A DNA stretch of 23,980 nucleotides from Allobaculum fili (GCF_020969955.1 NZ_JAHDSX010000037.1:1-23980), one strand, 5' to 3'. Shown: positions 1-8,114, counted from the first letter of the stretch. Notes: generated by a model not told the origin, from the sequence alone. Program-made: numbers and translations.

Positions 1-1
1 G

Positions 2-34
2 GATCCGAAGTATGAAGAAAACGATGAAGAATAA
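2..34 (+). CDS. 3' end of an upstream gene running off the left edge (only DPKYEENDEE* visible)
   Basis: Frame 2 is open from the window edge to TAA at 32-34. A hairpin plus T tract follows 13 nt later. Too short to identify. Confidence 0.25.
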   Translation, partial: DPKYEENDEE

Positions 35-47
35 AAAATACGCCAAG

Positions 48-72
48 CGGGATCTCGAAAGGGATCCCGTTT
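48..72 (+). terminator. putative intrinsic terminator of the upstream gene
   Basis: CGGGATC (48-54) pairs with GATCCCG (63-69) across an 8-nt loop, followed by TTT. Confidence 0.4.
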
Positions 73-166
73 AGCGTATCTAATATTCAGTCTCGCGTAT
101 ACCCGTCGATTGTTTGACACTTACGCTCATCTGGCCAAATCGGCCATTTTGAAAAAACAGTAAACC

Positions 167-239
167 AAAAGCGGTTTTCGCTGAAGGCACAAGCCAGAGT
201 ATTGGATCTGGCCGGTGTTCTTGCGAAAACCGCTTTTTT
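167..239. terminator. long perfect inverted repeat, a bidirectional terminator-like hairpin downstream of the HMA gene
   Basis: AAAAGCGGTTTTCGC (167-181) is the exact reverse complement of GCGAAAACCGCTTTT (223-237). The 41-nt spacer has internal CCAGA/TCTGG pairing. A T tract lies at 234-239 on + and a TTTTGGTTT tract on -. Confidence 0.45.
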
Positions 240-288
240 CATGGAATGTCGATGGATGAAAAGAAAAATCGAAGAAAGAGAACGGATC

Positions 289-546
289 CTATTTTCGAAA
301 GCCAAAAAATCCGCGTCTGAACTTTACTTCATGGCTTTGAATGCCGCGCAGATCGTAGCCTGCCTGGCCGATTACGGACTTGATCTGATCCTCATCAAGA
401 GGCTTTTCGGAAAGAATTTCAATGGTGCCTTTACGACGGGACGCGGTTACTTTCTTAACCGTAAAGTTTTTGCGAACGGTGTCAGCGAGATGGCTTTCAC
501 ACATGCCGCACATCATTCCATCTACTTTGAGAACGGTCTGAATCAT
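289..546 (-). CDS. heavy-metal-associated (HMA) domain protein, CopZ-like metallochaperone
   Basis: 85 aa with the N-terminal GMMCGMCE (MxCxxC) metal-binding motif and beta-alpha-beta-beta-alpha-beta-sized length. AGGAGG RBS lies upstream (reverse complement of 553-558). Sits directly downstream of the GNAT gene on the same strand. Confidence 0.85.
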   Translation of the reverse strand: MIQTVLKVDGMMCGMCESHLADTVRKNFTVKKVTASRRKGTIEILSEKPLDEDQIKSVIGQAGYDLRGIQSHEVKFRRGFFGFRK

Positions 547-563
547 ATTGGGGGCCTCCTTTT

Positions 564-1088
564 TCAGATGAGATCTTTCTGGTAGGCAATGCGGGGCGTA
601 CCGTCATCGGTATAAATGATTCCGCATTTTGTAAAGCCGTTTTTTTGAATCAGGTGCTGCATGGTGAGATTGTCCGCATGGGTATCGATACGTAAAGACG
701 GATTGCGGCTTTCGCAAAATTCGATCAGCGTTTTAAAAACGCCTGGACGGGTTCCGGACGAAGCAATTTTATGAATGGCACTGTAGGGAAGATCGCTCAG
801 CCAGCTTCCGTTTTCGATCACCGCATACGTGGGATCTGGTCCGGGAATCATGGAAAAGGCGCCGATGATTTCGCCGTCTTCTACAAGGACATAGGCGTTG
901 TGATGTTCAATATCGGAAACGATGGAAGACTCTGAAGGCCGATTGTCTTTCCACTGGTTTGGATTGCCATTGGCTTTCATATAGGCGCGCGCATGGGCGT
1001 AAATGGCCTGGAGTGCTTCCAGATCGTCCAGTGTTGTATTTCGTACGATACGACTGGATGGATGGACAGGATTTGTTTGATCGGACAT
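564..1088 (-). CDS. GNAT family N-acetyltransferase
   Basis: 174 aa. Typical GNAT layout: VLVEDGEIIGAFSM beta-strands, a HKIASSGTRPGV acetyl-CoA-loop-like segment and a C-terminal NGFTKCG motif. Confidence 0.8.
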   Translation of the reverse strand: MSDQTNPVHPSSRIVRNTTLDDLEALQAIYAHARAYMKANGNPNQWKDNRPSESSIVSDIEHHNAYVLVEDGEIIGAFSMIPGPDPTYAVIENGSWLSDLPYSAIHKIASSGTRPGVFKTLIEFCESRNPSLRIDTHADNLTMQHLIQKNGFTKCGIIYTDDGTPRIAYQKDLI

Positions 1089-1315
1089 GGACAGGACTTC
1101 CTTTCTGTTTTTTTCGTTTTTTGAGACGCTGTGCAGAATTGAGTTTTTCTGCAGAGCGGAATGGACTGGAAAAGCATGCGTTAAGACAGCGAAAAAAGTG
1201 TAGCATTGCCCATGGATTTCTTACAAATCAAAGAAGCTTTGATAAGAAGACTGAGGCGATTTCAAAGAGATTTCGGCCTCTGAAACGGTTCCAAAAACCA
1301 GAAAAAATGAAGTAC

Positions 1316-1350
1316 AGAAAAACGCTCCGGCCTTTGGATGAGCGGAGCGT
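1316..1350 (-). terminator. intrinsic terminator of the DUF885 gene
   Basis: ACGCTCCG (1322-1329) pairs with CGGAGCGT (1343-1350). On the minus strand the stem is followed by TTTTT. Confidence 0.7.
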
Positions 1351-1421
1351 TCGAATATCATATCTAGATTTTTGTGTGCGCAATGCACCAGAAAATTGAA
1401 ATACCGTAAGGGATAGTTCGA

Positions 1422-3305
1422 TCAGTCTGCCGGCTTCATCTGCATGGATCCGGAAGCCTTGTTGTCATCCTTCGGCTTTCTGGATGTCGAAGACTTCGCA
1501 TTCGGATCGTTGACAACGGTAGAAGGCAGCTCGGAATCGGACGTGCCCATGCGTACGCTGTCAATATAGTCCTGTACGCTTTCTTCAATAATGCTGAAGT
1601 TCATGTTGCCTGCATTGAGAAGAGCCGTATGGAATTCCACCGGATCGTAGTCTTCGCCAAGAGATTCTTTGGCGATGTCGTTGAGTTCCAGCAGTTTCAT
1701 GCAGTCAAAGTAGTAGGCGTAGAAGACGCCTGGATCGAGGCAGAGACGATCGTAAATGCTGTCGGTGCCTTCGCCCCAGTTTTTCGCGAACTCCTTACGG
1801 GAGATGTTTTCGTAATTGACCTGATAGTCCATGAGCAGAACGGTGTAGTTGGAGAAAAGCTCGGACAGCTCCCACACTTCCAGCTTATCTTCATCAATAC
1901 CCGTCCAGGGCAGCGTCTGGAGCGCCGCATACGTGGCGTAGCCTTCCTGCGTACCCAGCGTGCCGAGAATGTACTCGAGCGGGTGTGCGGCATGTTCCTT
2001 TAAATACTGCGTCTGGTACATGTGACCCGGGATGCCCTCATGAGCAAAGGTGTCATACAGAGAAAGGCTTTGCGGATTTGAGCCGTAATCGCGCTCGTTG
2101 TAGCGGATTTCGTACGTGTCGGTGCTGTCGATTGGAGGGACAAGGAAATAGGCGAGAACGCTGTCCTGCGACTGTTCGGGCGCCAGCGGTTTTATCTCAT
2201 AGTCCATTTCATCCACGAGAGGGAAGACAGCCGGATAGCGTTCGTTTAAGAACGGAATAATTTCCGAAATGGAACTGAACGTTGTTTCCGGCTCGCTCAT
2301 CAGGGAAGCTGCATCTTCCTTTTCATTAATAATGCGCGAGTATTCCGTCAGACAGTTCTGCACGGCTTCCGTAACCTGCTTGTTGATTTCGACGGGCGAC
2401 ATATCCATGCCCGTGTACATTTTCAGAATCTCTTCGTAGGCTTCCTTGCCGTTTGGAAGGGAAGCCATGCCAGAAAGCGGCTTATTCTTGTCCTTGAGTT
2501 CTTCCAGGCCTTTTTTCATGGTTTCGTACGACGGGAAGAAAGACGTGTCCAGCGCTTTTTTAATCCGGGTTTTCCACTCTTTCTTCTCGGCGTCGTTCAG
2601 ATCGGTCAGTCCGTCAATTTCTTCTTCAAGCGATTCTGTAACTGGAGAATCGTCTTTGGTTTTCAGAACGTCGTCAATCGTCTTCATCGTGCTGTCGTAT
2701 GAGATCGAAAACAGATCCTGCTCGGCCTGCTTGCGCGTATATTCGAGATTTTCCTCGACATAGCGCGGCATATCATTGATCAGTTTTTCCAGCGGTTCCA
2801 GATCGTCCTTTGTGTAGAGGGAGTATTCGGAAAAAAGCGTGACCATGCTCGAAGGCATTCCGTTGACCATGGACCAGGGCGTTCCAATATAATCGAATTT
2901 CTCATCGGAAGTCTTTTCGAACCGTTCGCATTCCCAAAGAAGCTGTTCGTACATCCAGCGGTTCTTTTTGGAAAGCGCAGATGTATTCCACTTCTTGAGC
3001 TGATCGTATGTCTTATCGTTCAGCTCGATCCGTTTGGACTCCGGAAATGGAGAACCCAGCGTGATCGGGCATTTGGAAAGATCGATTCCATAGTTTTCCG
3101 GATGAAGGAAATACTGATGCACGCTCAGATAGCTTAATTCACAGTAATCGACCAGATAGTCGTCGAGAAACTGTGTAAATTCCGCGTCCGGTACGGCTTC
3201 CGTATTCTGACCCGGAGTCGGTCCATTCGTGGAAGGCCCGCAGGAGCAGGCGGCCAGCGAAAGGGCGAGAAACGAAATTAAGAAAACTTGTATCCATTTT
3301 TTCAT
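1422..3305 (-). CDS. DUF885-family lipoprotein (putative secreted metallopeptidase-like protein)
   Basis: HEGIPGHMYQ matches the HExxPGHxxQ signature of DUF885. I place the start at ATG 3305 (MKKWIQVFLISFLALSLAAC, signal peptide plus LAAC lipobox), which is preceded by GAGGAG. The longer track ORF starts at a TTG without an RBS. Confidence 0.85.
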   Translation of the reverse strand: MKKWIQVFLISFLALSLAACSCGPSTNGPTPGQNTEAVPDAEFTQFLDDYLVDYCELSYLSVHQYFLHPENYGIDLSKCPITLGSPFPESKRIELNDKTYDQLKKWNTSALSKKNRWMYEQLLWECERFEKTSDEKFDYIGTPWSMVNGMPSSMVTLFSEYSLYTKDDLEPLEKLINDMPRYVEENLEYTRKQAEQDLFSISYDSTMKTIDDVLKTKDDSPVTESLEEEIDGLTDLNDAEKKEWKTRIKKALDTSFFPSYETMKKGLEELKDKNKPLSGMASLPNGKEAYEEILKMYTGMDMSPVEINKQVTEAVQNCLTEYSRIINEKEDAASLMSEPETTFSSISEIIPFLNERYPAVFPLVDEMDYEIKPLAPEQSQDSVLAYFLVPPIDSTDTYEIRYNERDYGSNPQSLSLYDTFAHEGIPGHMYQTQYLKEHAAHPLEYILGTLGTQEGYATYAALQTLPWTGIDEDKLEVWELSELFSNYTVLLMDYQVNYENISRKEFAKNWGEGTDSIYDRLCLDPGVFYAYYFDCMKLLELNDIAKESLGEDYDPVEFHTALLNAGNMNFSIIEESVQDYIDSVRMGTSDSELPSTVVNDPNAKSSTSRKPKDDNKASGSMQMKPAD

Positions 3306-3520
3306 ATAAATCTCCTCAAACGGGAACACGCCCAGTCCGGTCGCAATTCCCATCAGTATTCCTATGATAGCGTATCCGTTCAAAGAATTGAGAACGGGGG
3401 CGGTTAAGTTTTTCCAAACTCAGACGGCTTGGATAAGGGAAAAATTCGGAATTCGCTGTGTCAAAATGCGCTTCTTTTCTACATACGGTAAAAATCTGGA
3501 TTCGAATCCGGGAAGCATGC

Positions 3521-3563
3521 AAAAAACCTGTCTGCTTCGCTGTTTGAAGACAGACAGGTTTTT
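3521..3563. terminator. bidirectional intrinsic terminator
   Basis: ACCTGTCTG-CTTC (3526-3538) pairs with GAAG-a-CAGACAGGT (3546-3559). Flanked by A6 on the left and T5 on the right. Confidence 0.7.
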
Positions 3564-3651
3564 CGTAAGAGATTTTGAAAGACCAGAGAAAGGGGTTCTG
3601 GTATGGACAGTGGAATGCAATCGAGAAGAGAAAATTTTTCAGGAAAGCCGG

Positions 3652-3697
3652 ATTTGTATGGATATAGATTTGTATGAATATATTTGTATGAATATAA
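3652..3697. repeat. three tandem copies of an ATTTGTATG(A/G)ATAT unit
   Basis: ATTTGTATGGATATAG (3652-3667), ATTTGTATGAATAT (3668-3681) and ATTTGTATGAATAT (3682-3695), head to tail in non-coding DNA. Confidence 0.85.
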
Positions 3698-3835
3698 GGA
3701 AACGCAGTCATCTCGAAAGGCAGCCGCCGCCGAGTGAGAGCGACAGGCAATGGTATGTATTGCTGAGCCGGGAAGAAAGGGCTTGCCCAAAAGAGAAGCT
3801 TTCGTAACCGGGCGTCTTTCATTTTACGATGACGA

Positions 3836-4060
3836 TTAGAACAGACGGGTGAGCAGGATGATGCCTTCGGCTGCAACCGCGATGATCAGAGCCAGGCGTC
3901 CAGCTTCTTTGACGGTCAGCGTATCGTTTTCGACTTTTTCGCAAAGATCTTCACAGAAGAGGAAAAAGCGATCTTTCAGTCGGGCAAAGAAAGTGCGTGT
4001 ATAGGAATCCGTGTTGGTAACGGGTGTGGAAGCGGCAGATGTTGAATTGAAATGATTCAT
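3836..4060 (-). CDS. small hypothetical protein with a C-terminal hydrophobic helix
   Basis: 74 aa. AAGGAG RBS 7 nt upstream of the ATG (reverse complement of 4068-4073). Own promoter at 4114-4142. C-terminal LALIIAVAAEGIILLTRLF looks like a membrane anchor. No family recognised. Confidence 0.55.
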   Translation of the reverse strand: MNHFNSTSAASTPVTNTDSYTRTFFARLKDRFFLFCEDLCEKVENDTLTVKEAGRLALIIAVAAEGIILLTRLF

Positions 4061-4102
4061 AACTATTCTCCTTTGATTGAATAAGAATCATCGCGAATGA
4101 TT

Positions 4103-4130
4103 TTGACAAGGATATGATAACAGATATAAT
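4103..4130 (+). promoter_or_regulatory. near-consensus sigma-70 type promoter firing rightward into ORF-poor DNA
   Basis: TTGACA (4103-4108), 16-nt spacer, TATAAT (4125-4130). Confidence 0.6.
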
Positions 4131-4142
4131 TCATGTGTGCAA
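4114..4142 (-). promoter_or_regulatory. promoter of the small minus-strand ORF, interlocked with the plus-strand promoter
   Basis: On the minus strand: TTGCAC (rc of 4137-4142), 17-nt spacer, TG-n-TATCAT (rc of 4114-4119). An AATCAT-cgcga-ATGATT inverted repeat (4086-4102) lies between the -10 and the RBS. Confidence 0.5.
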
Positions 4143-4851
4143 CATGGACGCACCAAAAATAAGAAAAACGCATCTCGTGCACATTCGCCTACTCAGAATG
4201 TGAATAGAAGGTGCATGCGCAGGGATTAGGCGGGAATGACGAGTCAGTCTTAATGCCTTTGTTCTGTCATAGGCTATACGATCAAAGAGGGAAGCGGACT
4301 TAATTAAAAAAGCAAAAATGCATGGATTATTCTAAAAAAGTGGAACAATAACTCTTGACATACGTAAATAATTTGTTCATCCCTATCGTATTCGCATGGA
4401 AAATAAATGAAAAAGCATATCCCTGTACAATTTGCTGATCCCTGTGGTTTTCTATAGGGCAGTCTTTGAAAAGGCTTTCCTTTCGATGAAGCAGATCGCG
4501 CATGCACGAATGGTGCATGAAAGAAACACAAGTTCGTACTCGCATTGAAAGGACACCTGCACATTTTACGCATTTTTTGGCGGAACGCTCTTTTCAGCCA
4601 TAAAGACCGCTGAAACCGCTCGTAATACGGTGCTGAAGCGGATGCCGTATGCTTTATTCTCCGTAAAGGATCGAAAGAGAAGGAAAAAGGAACAGGACGC
4701 CTGGACAAATCCGGCTTCAATTTTGTGCAAATCCAGTCTGGTGTGCAGGCGCAAAGCTGTAATTCAGTTATTAATGTTTTGTTTTTGTTTAGCCCGTACT
4801 GTTTTTGCCTACCATATGTAAACGCTTGTCCATGATCCATACATGATCCGT

Positions 4852-4880
4852 TTTACAGAAACAATGAATTAGGATATTAT
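4852..4880 (+). promoter_or_regulatory. candidate promoter of the PEPCK/HprK-like gene
   Basis: TTTACA (4852-4857), 17-nt spacer, TATTAT (4875-4880). Preceded by a direct repeat CATGATCC x2 (4831-4838 and 4842-4849). Followed by a leader hairpin CTCAAAC/GTTTGAG (4905-4956). Confidence 0.5.
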
Positions 4881-4980
4881 TTGGATATTGTTTTGACGCG
4901 CTAACTCAAACGGATTCCGATCTGCATTTTTGCACAGAGGATTTCGACAGTTTGAGAGCAGCGGTCCAGAAAGGAACGAA

Positions 4981-6747
4981 ATGCTTAAAAAAATCAGCAT
5001 CTATAACGGCCAGGTGATTCTGAATTACGACCGTGCCTACCCGAAAGATCGTGCGACTCTTCTGAAAAGCCGTACTTTTGAAAAGTTCATCACTTATTTT
5101 GTTCGCATCACAGAAGAAACGAACCCGGCGGTTTACCTCTATCTGACTCAGGATGGTACGCTTACTCCTAAAAAAGCGGCCCAGGAGCTGATTGAGTTCT
5201 TCCGTCTGCTCGTTGTTTTCGATTACGAAGAACTTTCCGATAATCCTCTCGAAAGAGACCGTCATCAGCTGCTGGATGTTATCGAAGAGATTTACCACAG
5301 CTGGCGTTCCCTGCAGCGTTTTGGATTCATGAACTCCAACAATATGCCGGACTTCGGAATCAACACGCTCGTTCGCCGCGACTCCAACCTGAATGACCTG
5401 ATTCTGCGTACGTACCGTCTGTATCAGGAAAAGATCGCCGGACGTCCAAATCTGGTATATCGCCAGGTTCAGGCCGGTACCAATGCCTGCTTCTCCATTC
5501 ATGAAGTACGCAATTCCTTCTCCGAAGACTATCTCCCGCTGCATAAGATCCCGATGATCGATACCGTAATGCTCCGTACTCCGATGATTCTTCATCCAAC
5601 GAGTTCCAAGCGTACTGGCATGTTCACAGAAACCGATGTCAACCCGCTCGATATGCTGTATATCAATACGGAAGAATGGTTCTGCCTCCCGATCAAAGTC
5701 GGAAAACTGCTCTGCTTTGTTTACTTCAACTGCAAATACATCGCGCTCGCCCTTTCCATGGTCAACCTGTTTGAGCTGGCTACTGTGGAAGAGTCCGAAA
5801 CCAAACCGGATCTGATCATGATTTACGGAAACGAAGACGGACTGAACGAGACCAAGTACTACCACGATACCGACAACGATATCTGGATCGGCCGTATTTC
5901 CGACCATCCGCGTATGGAATACTTCGGCTACCTCAAGAAAATGGCACTGACGCTGCACAACCTCGCTATGATGGAACGCGGCTGGCTGCCAATTCACGGT
6001 GCCATGGTCAACGTTGTTCTCAAGGACGGCCGTTCCAAAGGCATCATCCTGATGGGCGACTCCGGTGCAGGCAAGTCCGAATCCATTGAAGCCCTCAAGA
6101 GCGTCGGACGCGATCTGATCAAGGACGTTCAGGTTGTCTTCGATGATATGGGAACTATTCATATGGAAGACGGCGTTCCATACGGTCAGGGTACAGAAAC
6201 CGGTGCCTTCATTCGTCTGGACGACCTCGATCCAGGTACGCCGTATAAAGATATGGACCGCTCCATCTTCTTTGCTCCGGAAAACCCGAACGCCCGCATG
6301 GTCGTACCGGCAAGCTCCTATTCTTTCATTACGAAAAACCATCCGATCGACCTGTACTGCTATGCCAACAACTACACCGACAAGTGCGGTATGGATGAAC
6401 TCCCTGCAGACGAGTTCAAGGCCACCTGCAAAGCCGGAACCCGTATGGCTCTGGGCACAACCCAGGAAAAGGGTCTGTCCAAAACGTACTTCGCCAACCC
6501 GTTTGGTCCAATGCAGCGTCAGGAAGTCTGCGATCCGCTGATCGACGATACCGTTAAGGCGCTCGAAGGCAACGGCGTATTCCTCGGTCAGGTTTACACC
6601 CACCTGGGCTTTGACAAGACCAACCGTGCCGGCATCGAAGATGCAGCCAAGGAACTGCTCGACTTCATCCTCGATCAGGCTGCTGAAACAGAAGCAGCTG
6701 AAGATGTCGATGTGCAGGAGGCTGCAGCGGCTGAAGACGCCGAATAA
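4981..6747 (+). CDS. large uncharacterised protein with a C-terminal PEP-carboxykinase/HprK-like P-loop domain and an acidic tail
   Basis: 588 aa from ATG 4981 (AAAGGAA RBS). LPIHGAMVNV...GIILMGDSGAGKSES resembles the HprK/PEPCK-type P-loop (GxSGxGKSE). The N-terminal ~330 aa match nothing I recognise. The C-terminus is AAETEAAEDVDVQEAAAAEDAE. Confidence 0.85.
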   Translation: MLKKISIYNGQVILNYDRAYPKDRATLLKSRTFEKFITYFVRITEETNPAVYLYLTQDGTLTPKKAAQELIEFFRLLVVFDYEELSDNPLERDRHQLLDVIEEIYHSWRSLQRFGFMNSNNMPDFGINTLVRRDSNLNDLILRTYRLYQEKIAGRPNLVYRQVQAGTNACFSIHEVRNSFSEDYLPLHKIPMIDTVMLRTPMILHPTSSKRTGMFTETDVNPLDMLYINTEEWFCLPIKVGKLLCFVYFNCKYIALALSMVNLFELATVEESETKPDLIMIYGNEDGLNETKYYHDTDNDIWIGRISDHPRMEYFGYLKKMALTLHNLAMMERGWLPIHGAMVNVVLKDGRSKGIILMGDSGAGKSESIEALKSVGRDLIKDVQVVFDDMGTIHMEDGVPYGQGTETGAFIRLDDLDPGTPYKDMDRSIFFAPENPNARMVVPASSYSFITKNHPIDLYCYANNYTDKCGMDELPADEFKATCKAGTRMALGTTQEKGLSKTYFANPFGPMQRQEVCDPLIDDTVKALEGNGVFLGQVYTHLGFDKTNRAGIEDAAKELLDFILDQAAETEAAEDVDVQEAAAAEDAE

Positions 6748-6816
6748 ATCCCGATCGGTCTGAACTGGATTCCTGAATCCTCAGACTGACTTCGTTTTAA
6801 GCATTGAGGCATTCGA

Positions 6817-6841
6817 AAAGACAGCTTCGGCTGTCTTTTTT
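6817..6841 (+). terminator. intrinsic terminator
   Basis: AAAGACAGC-ttcg-GCTGTCTTT followed by a T run. Confidence 0.85.
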
Positions 6842-7188
6842 GATGTCTGCAGGGAAAACTGATGCTTCTTGACAGGGAAGAGGGTAAGGATTATTTTCCG
6901 TACATACCCAAGGAAGCCATGTATTTCCAGCCTTTTTTCGCAGAACGGTCTGGATGGATCCGGTTGAACGCCCCATAAAAGCATTCAAATCGCATCCAAT
7001 TGAAAAAGAAGTCTTTAAAGAACGGTTTTTCTGGTTATTCTGAAAGGACGAGCACGCAGGATTGTTATCCAGCCCGATTTGTCTTCGGATCCGTTCCGCA
7101 TGAACAGCACGGTTCCGGGCAAGCCGAAAATCAAACCAAAAAGAAAGGGATGGATTTTTGATCCATCCAGAAAGTGGAGAAATGAAAA

Positions 7189-7938
7189 GTGAAAGAATAC
7201 CCAATGCCGGCCGTACCGGATCCGGAGCGTGAACATACGATTCATCAGCACATCATTCAGCCCGATCAGGCCGCTGTACGAAAAGCGTTTGCGACGACGT
7301 ATGTATGGATGATTCTCGGACTGCTCGTCAGTGCGGCTGTAGCCTTTATTTTCGCTCAGCCTGAACTTTACCCGATCGTCGATAATCCCTTTGTTCTTCT
7401 GGCCCTGTTTCTGGCCGAGCTCGTTGTCGTAGTCCTCTTTACGCGAAAGCTGAATACGGCCACGATTGGAACTTTGCGCGGCATGTTTCTGCTGTATTCC
7501 GTTTTAACCGGAGCAACCCTGGCTACACTCGCCACGGTATGGAATGGATCGACAATTTTTGCGGCTTTTCTGGTCAGTGCCATTTATTTTGGCTGTCTGA
7601 GCCTGATGGGCTTCTTTTCCAAAATTCGTCTTGATAAGATCGGTCCGATCTGTCTGGTCGGTCTGGTGGCTCTGATCATCTGTGAAGTCATTATGTTGAT
7701 TTTCCGCTTTTCAGCAGCCACGCAGCTCTTTTCCGCGATCGGTCTGATTCTGTTTACCGGAATTACCGCCTGGGATGTTTATCGTATGAACAAAACGATG
7801 CAGGCGGTCTGTGCATCGCAGGAATGGCTCGACCGGCTTGGCATTTCCTTTGCGCTCGAACTCTATCTGGATTTCATCAACATTTTCCTGCGCGTTCTGG
7901 CGCTGATCTGCAACGGTTCTTCGTCTTCACGCAAATAG
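7189..7938 (+). CDS. Bax inhibitor-1/YccA family membrane protein
   Basis: About 7 predicted TM helices. Conserved C-proximal GITAWDVYRM motif (equivalent to the family's AYDTQ motif). GTG start at 7189 lies 9 nt after GGAG; ATG 7204 is an alternative start. Confidence 0.85.
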   Translation: MKEYPMPAVPDPEREHTIHQHIIQPDQAAVRKAFATTYVWMILGLLVSAAVAFIFAQPELYPIVDNPFVLLALFLAELVVVVLFTRKLNTATIGTLRGMFLLYSVLTGATLATLATVWNGSTIFAAFLVSAIYFGCLSLMGFFSKIRLDKIGPICLVGLVALIICEVIMLIFRFSAATQLFSAIGLILFTGITAWDVYRMNKTMQAVCASQEWLDRLGISFALELYLDFINIFLRVLALICNGSSSSRK

Positions 7939-8085
7939 CGGCAGGCCATCCTTTCCAGAGAAATCTTTTTGTGACAGGCAGGTTTTCCGATTCCTGTCGT
8001 CCTTAAGCCATGCGCTTTTACTTTTTGGCGGATGATTTTAACAAAACAGCCATTCGCCTGTACTCACGATCCAGATTTCCAAATG

Positions 8086-8111
8086 AAAAAGACGCCGGCA
8101 TTCTGGCGTCT
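8086..8111 (-). terminator. intrinsic terminator for the minus-strand membrane-protein gene
   Basis: AGACGCC (8090-8096) pairs with GGCGTCT (8105-8111). TTTTT follows on the minus strand. Confidence 0.6.
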
Positions 8112-8114
8112 GAT

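Noticed and set aside
1-6. Window begins with a BamHI site (GGATCC), suggesting a cloning junction or artificial fragment end
   Set aside because: GGATCC occurs about 20 times across the window as part of a general GATC enrichment. A site at the edge is therefore not evidence of cloning.
3306-3383. N-terminal extension of the DUF885 ORF (MNGYAIIGILMGIATGLGVFPFEEIY)
   Set aside because: It would start at a TTG with no RBS. The internal ATG 3305 has a GAGGAG RBS and yields a canonical lipoprotein signal peptide.
3493-3515. GGATTCGAATCC, reminiscent of a tRNA T-arm (a similar GGATTCGAATC lies at about 9103)
   Set aside because: The flanking bases do not form a 5-bp T stem around a 7-nt loop on either strand. 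No acceptor, D or anticodon arms can be drawn. It is just a 12-nt palindrome.
3652-3697. Tandem repeats considered as a CRISPR array (also the short repeats at 8885-8904 and 13061-13084)
   Set aside because: The units are 9-16 bp and directly abutting, with no spacers and no cas genes. They are not CRISPR.
3316-3876. ORFs 3316-3876(-), 3364-3807(+), 3479-3790(-) and 3420-3620(-) in the DUF885 upstream region
   Set aside because: They cross the bidirectional terminator and the tandem repeat, lack RBSs and have low-complexity, Cys/Phe/Arg-rich translations.
4304-4840. 178-codon stop-free minus-strand frame in the non-coding gap
   Set aside because: There is no SD before ATG 4840. The product is Cys/Arg/Phe-rich and not protein-like, and the frame overlaps two other equally junk-like ORFs. 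Its unusual length is noted under the 4061-4980 finding, but it is not called as a CDS.
4906-6603. 565-aa minus-strand ORF antisense to the PEPCK/HprK-like gene
   Set aside because: It is a shadow ORF. Its sequence is Val/Phe/His/Gly-rich with no recognisable motifs and no RBS. The plus-strand frame has protein-like composition, a P-loop motif, an RBS, a promoter and a terminator.
7182-7232. ATG 7182 short ORF overlapping the BI-1 start region, and the GGATGGAT/ATCCATCC hairpin at 7149-7169
   Set aside because: The ORF runs only 17 codons in another frame and ends at TGA. The hairpin lacks a T tract and lies just upstream of the RBS. It may affect translation, but there is too little evidence to call a regulatory element.
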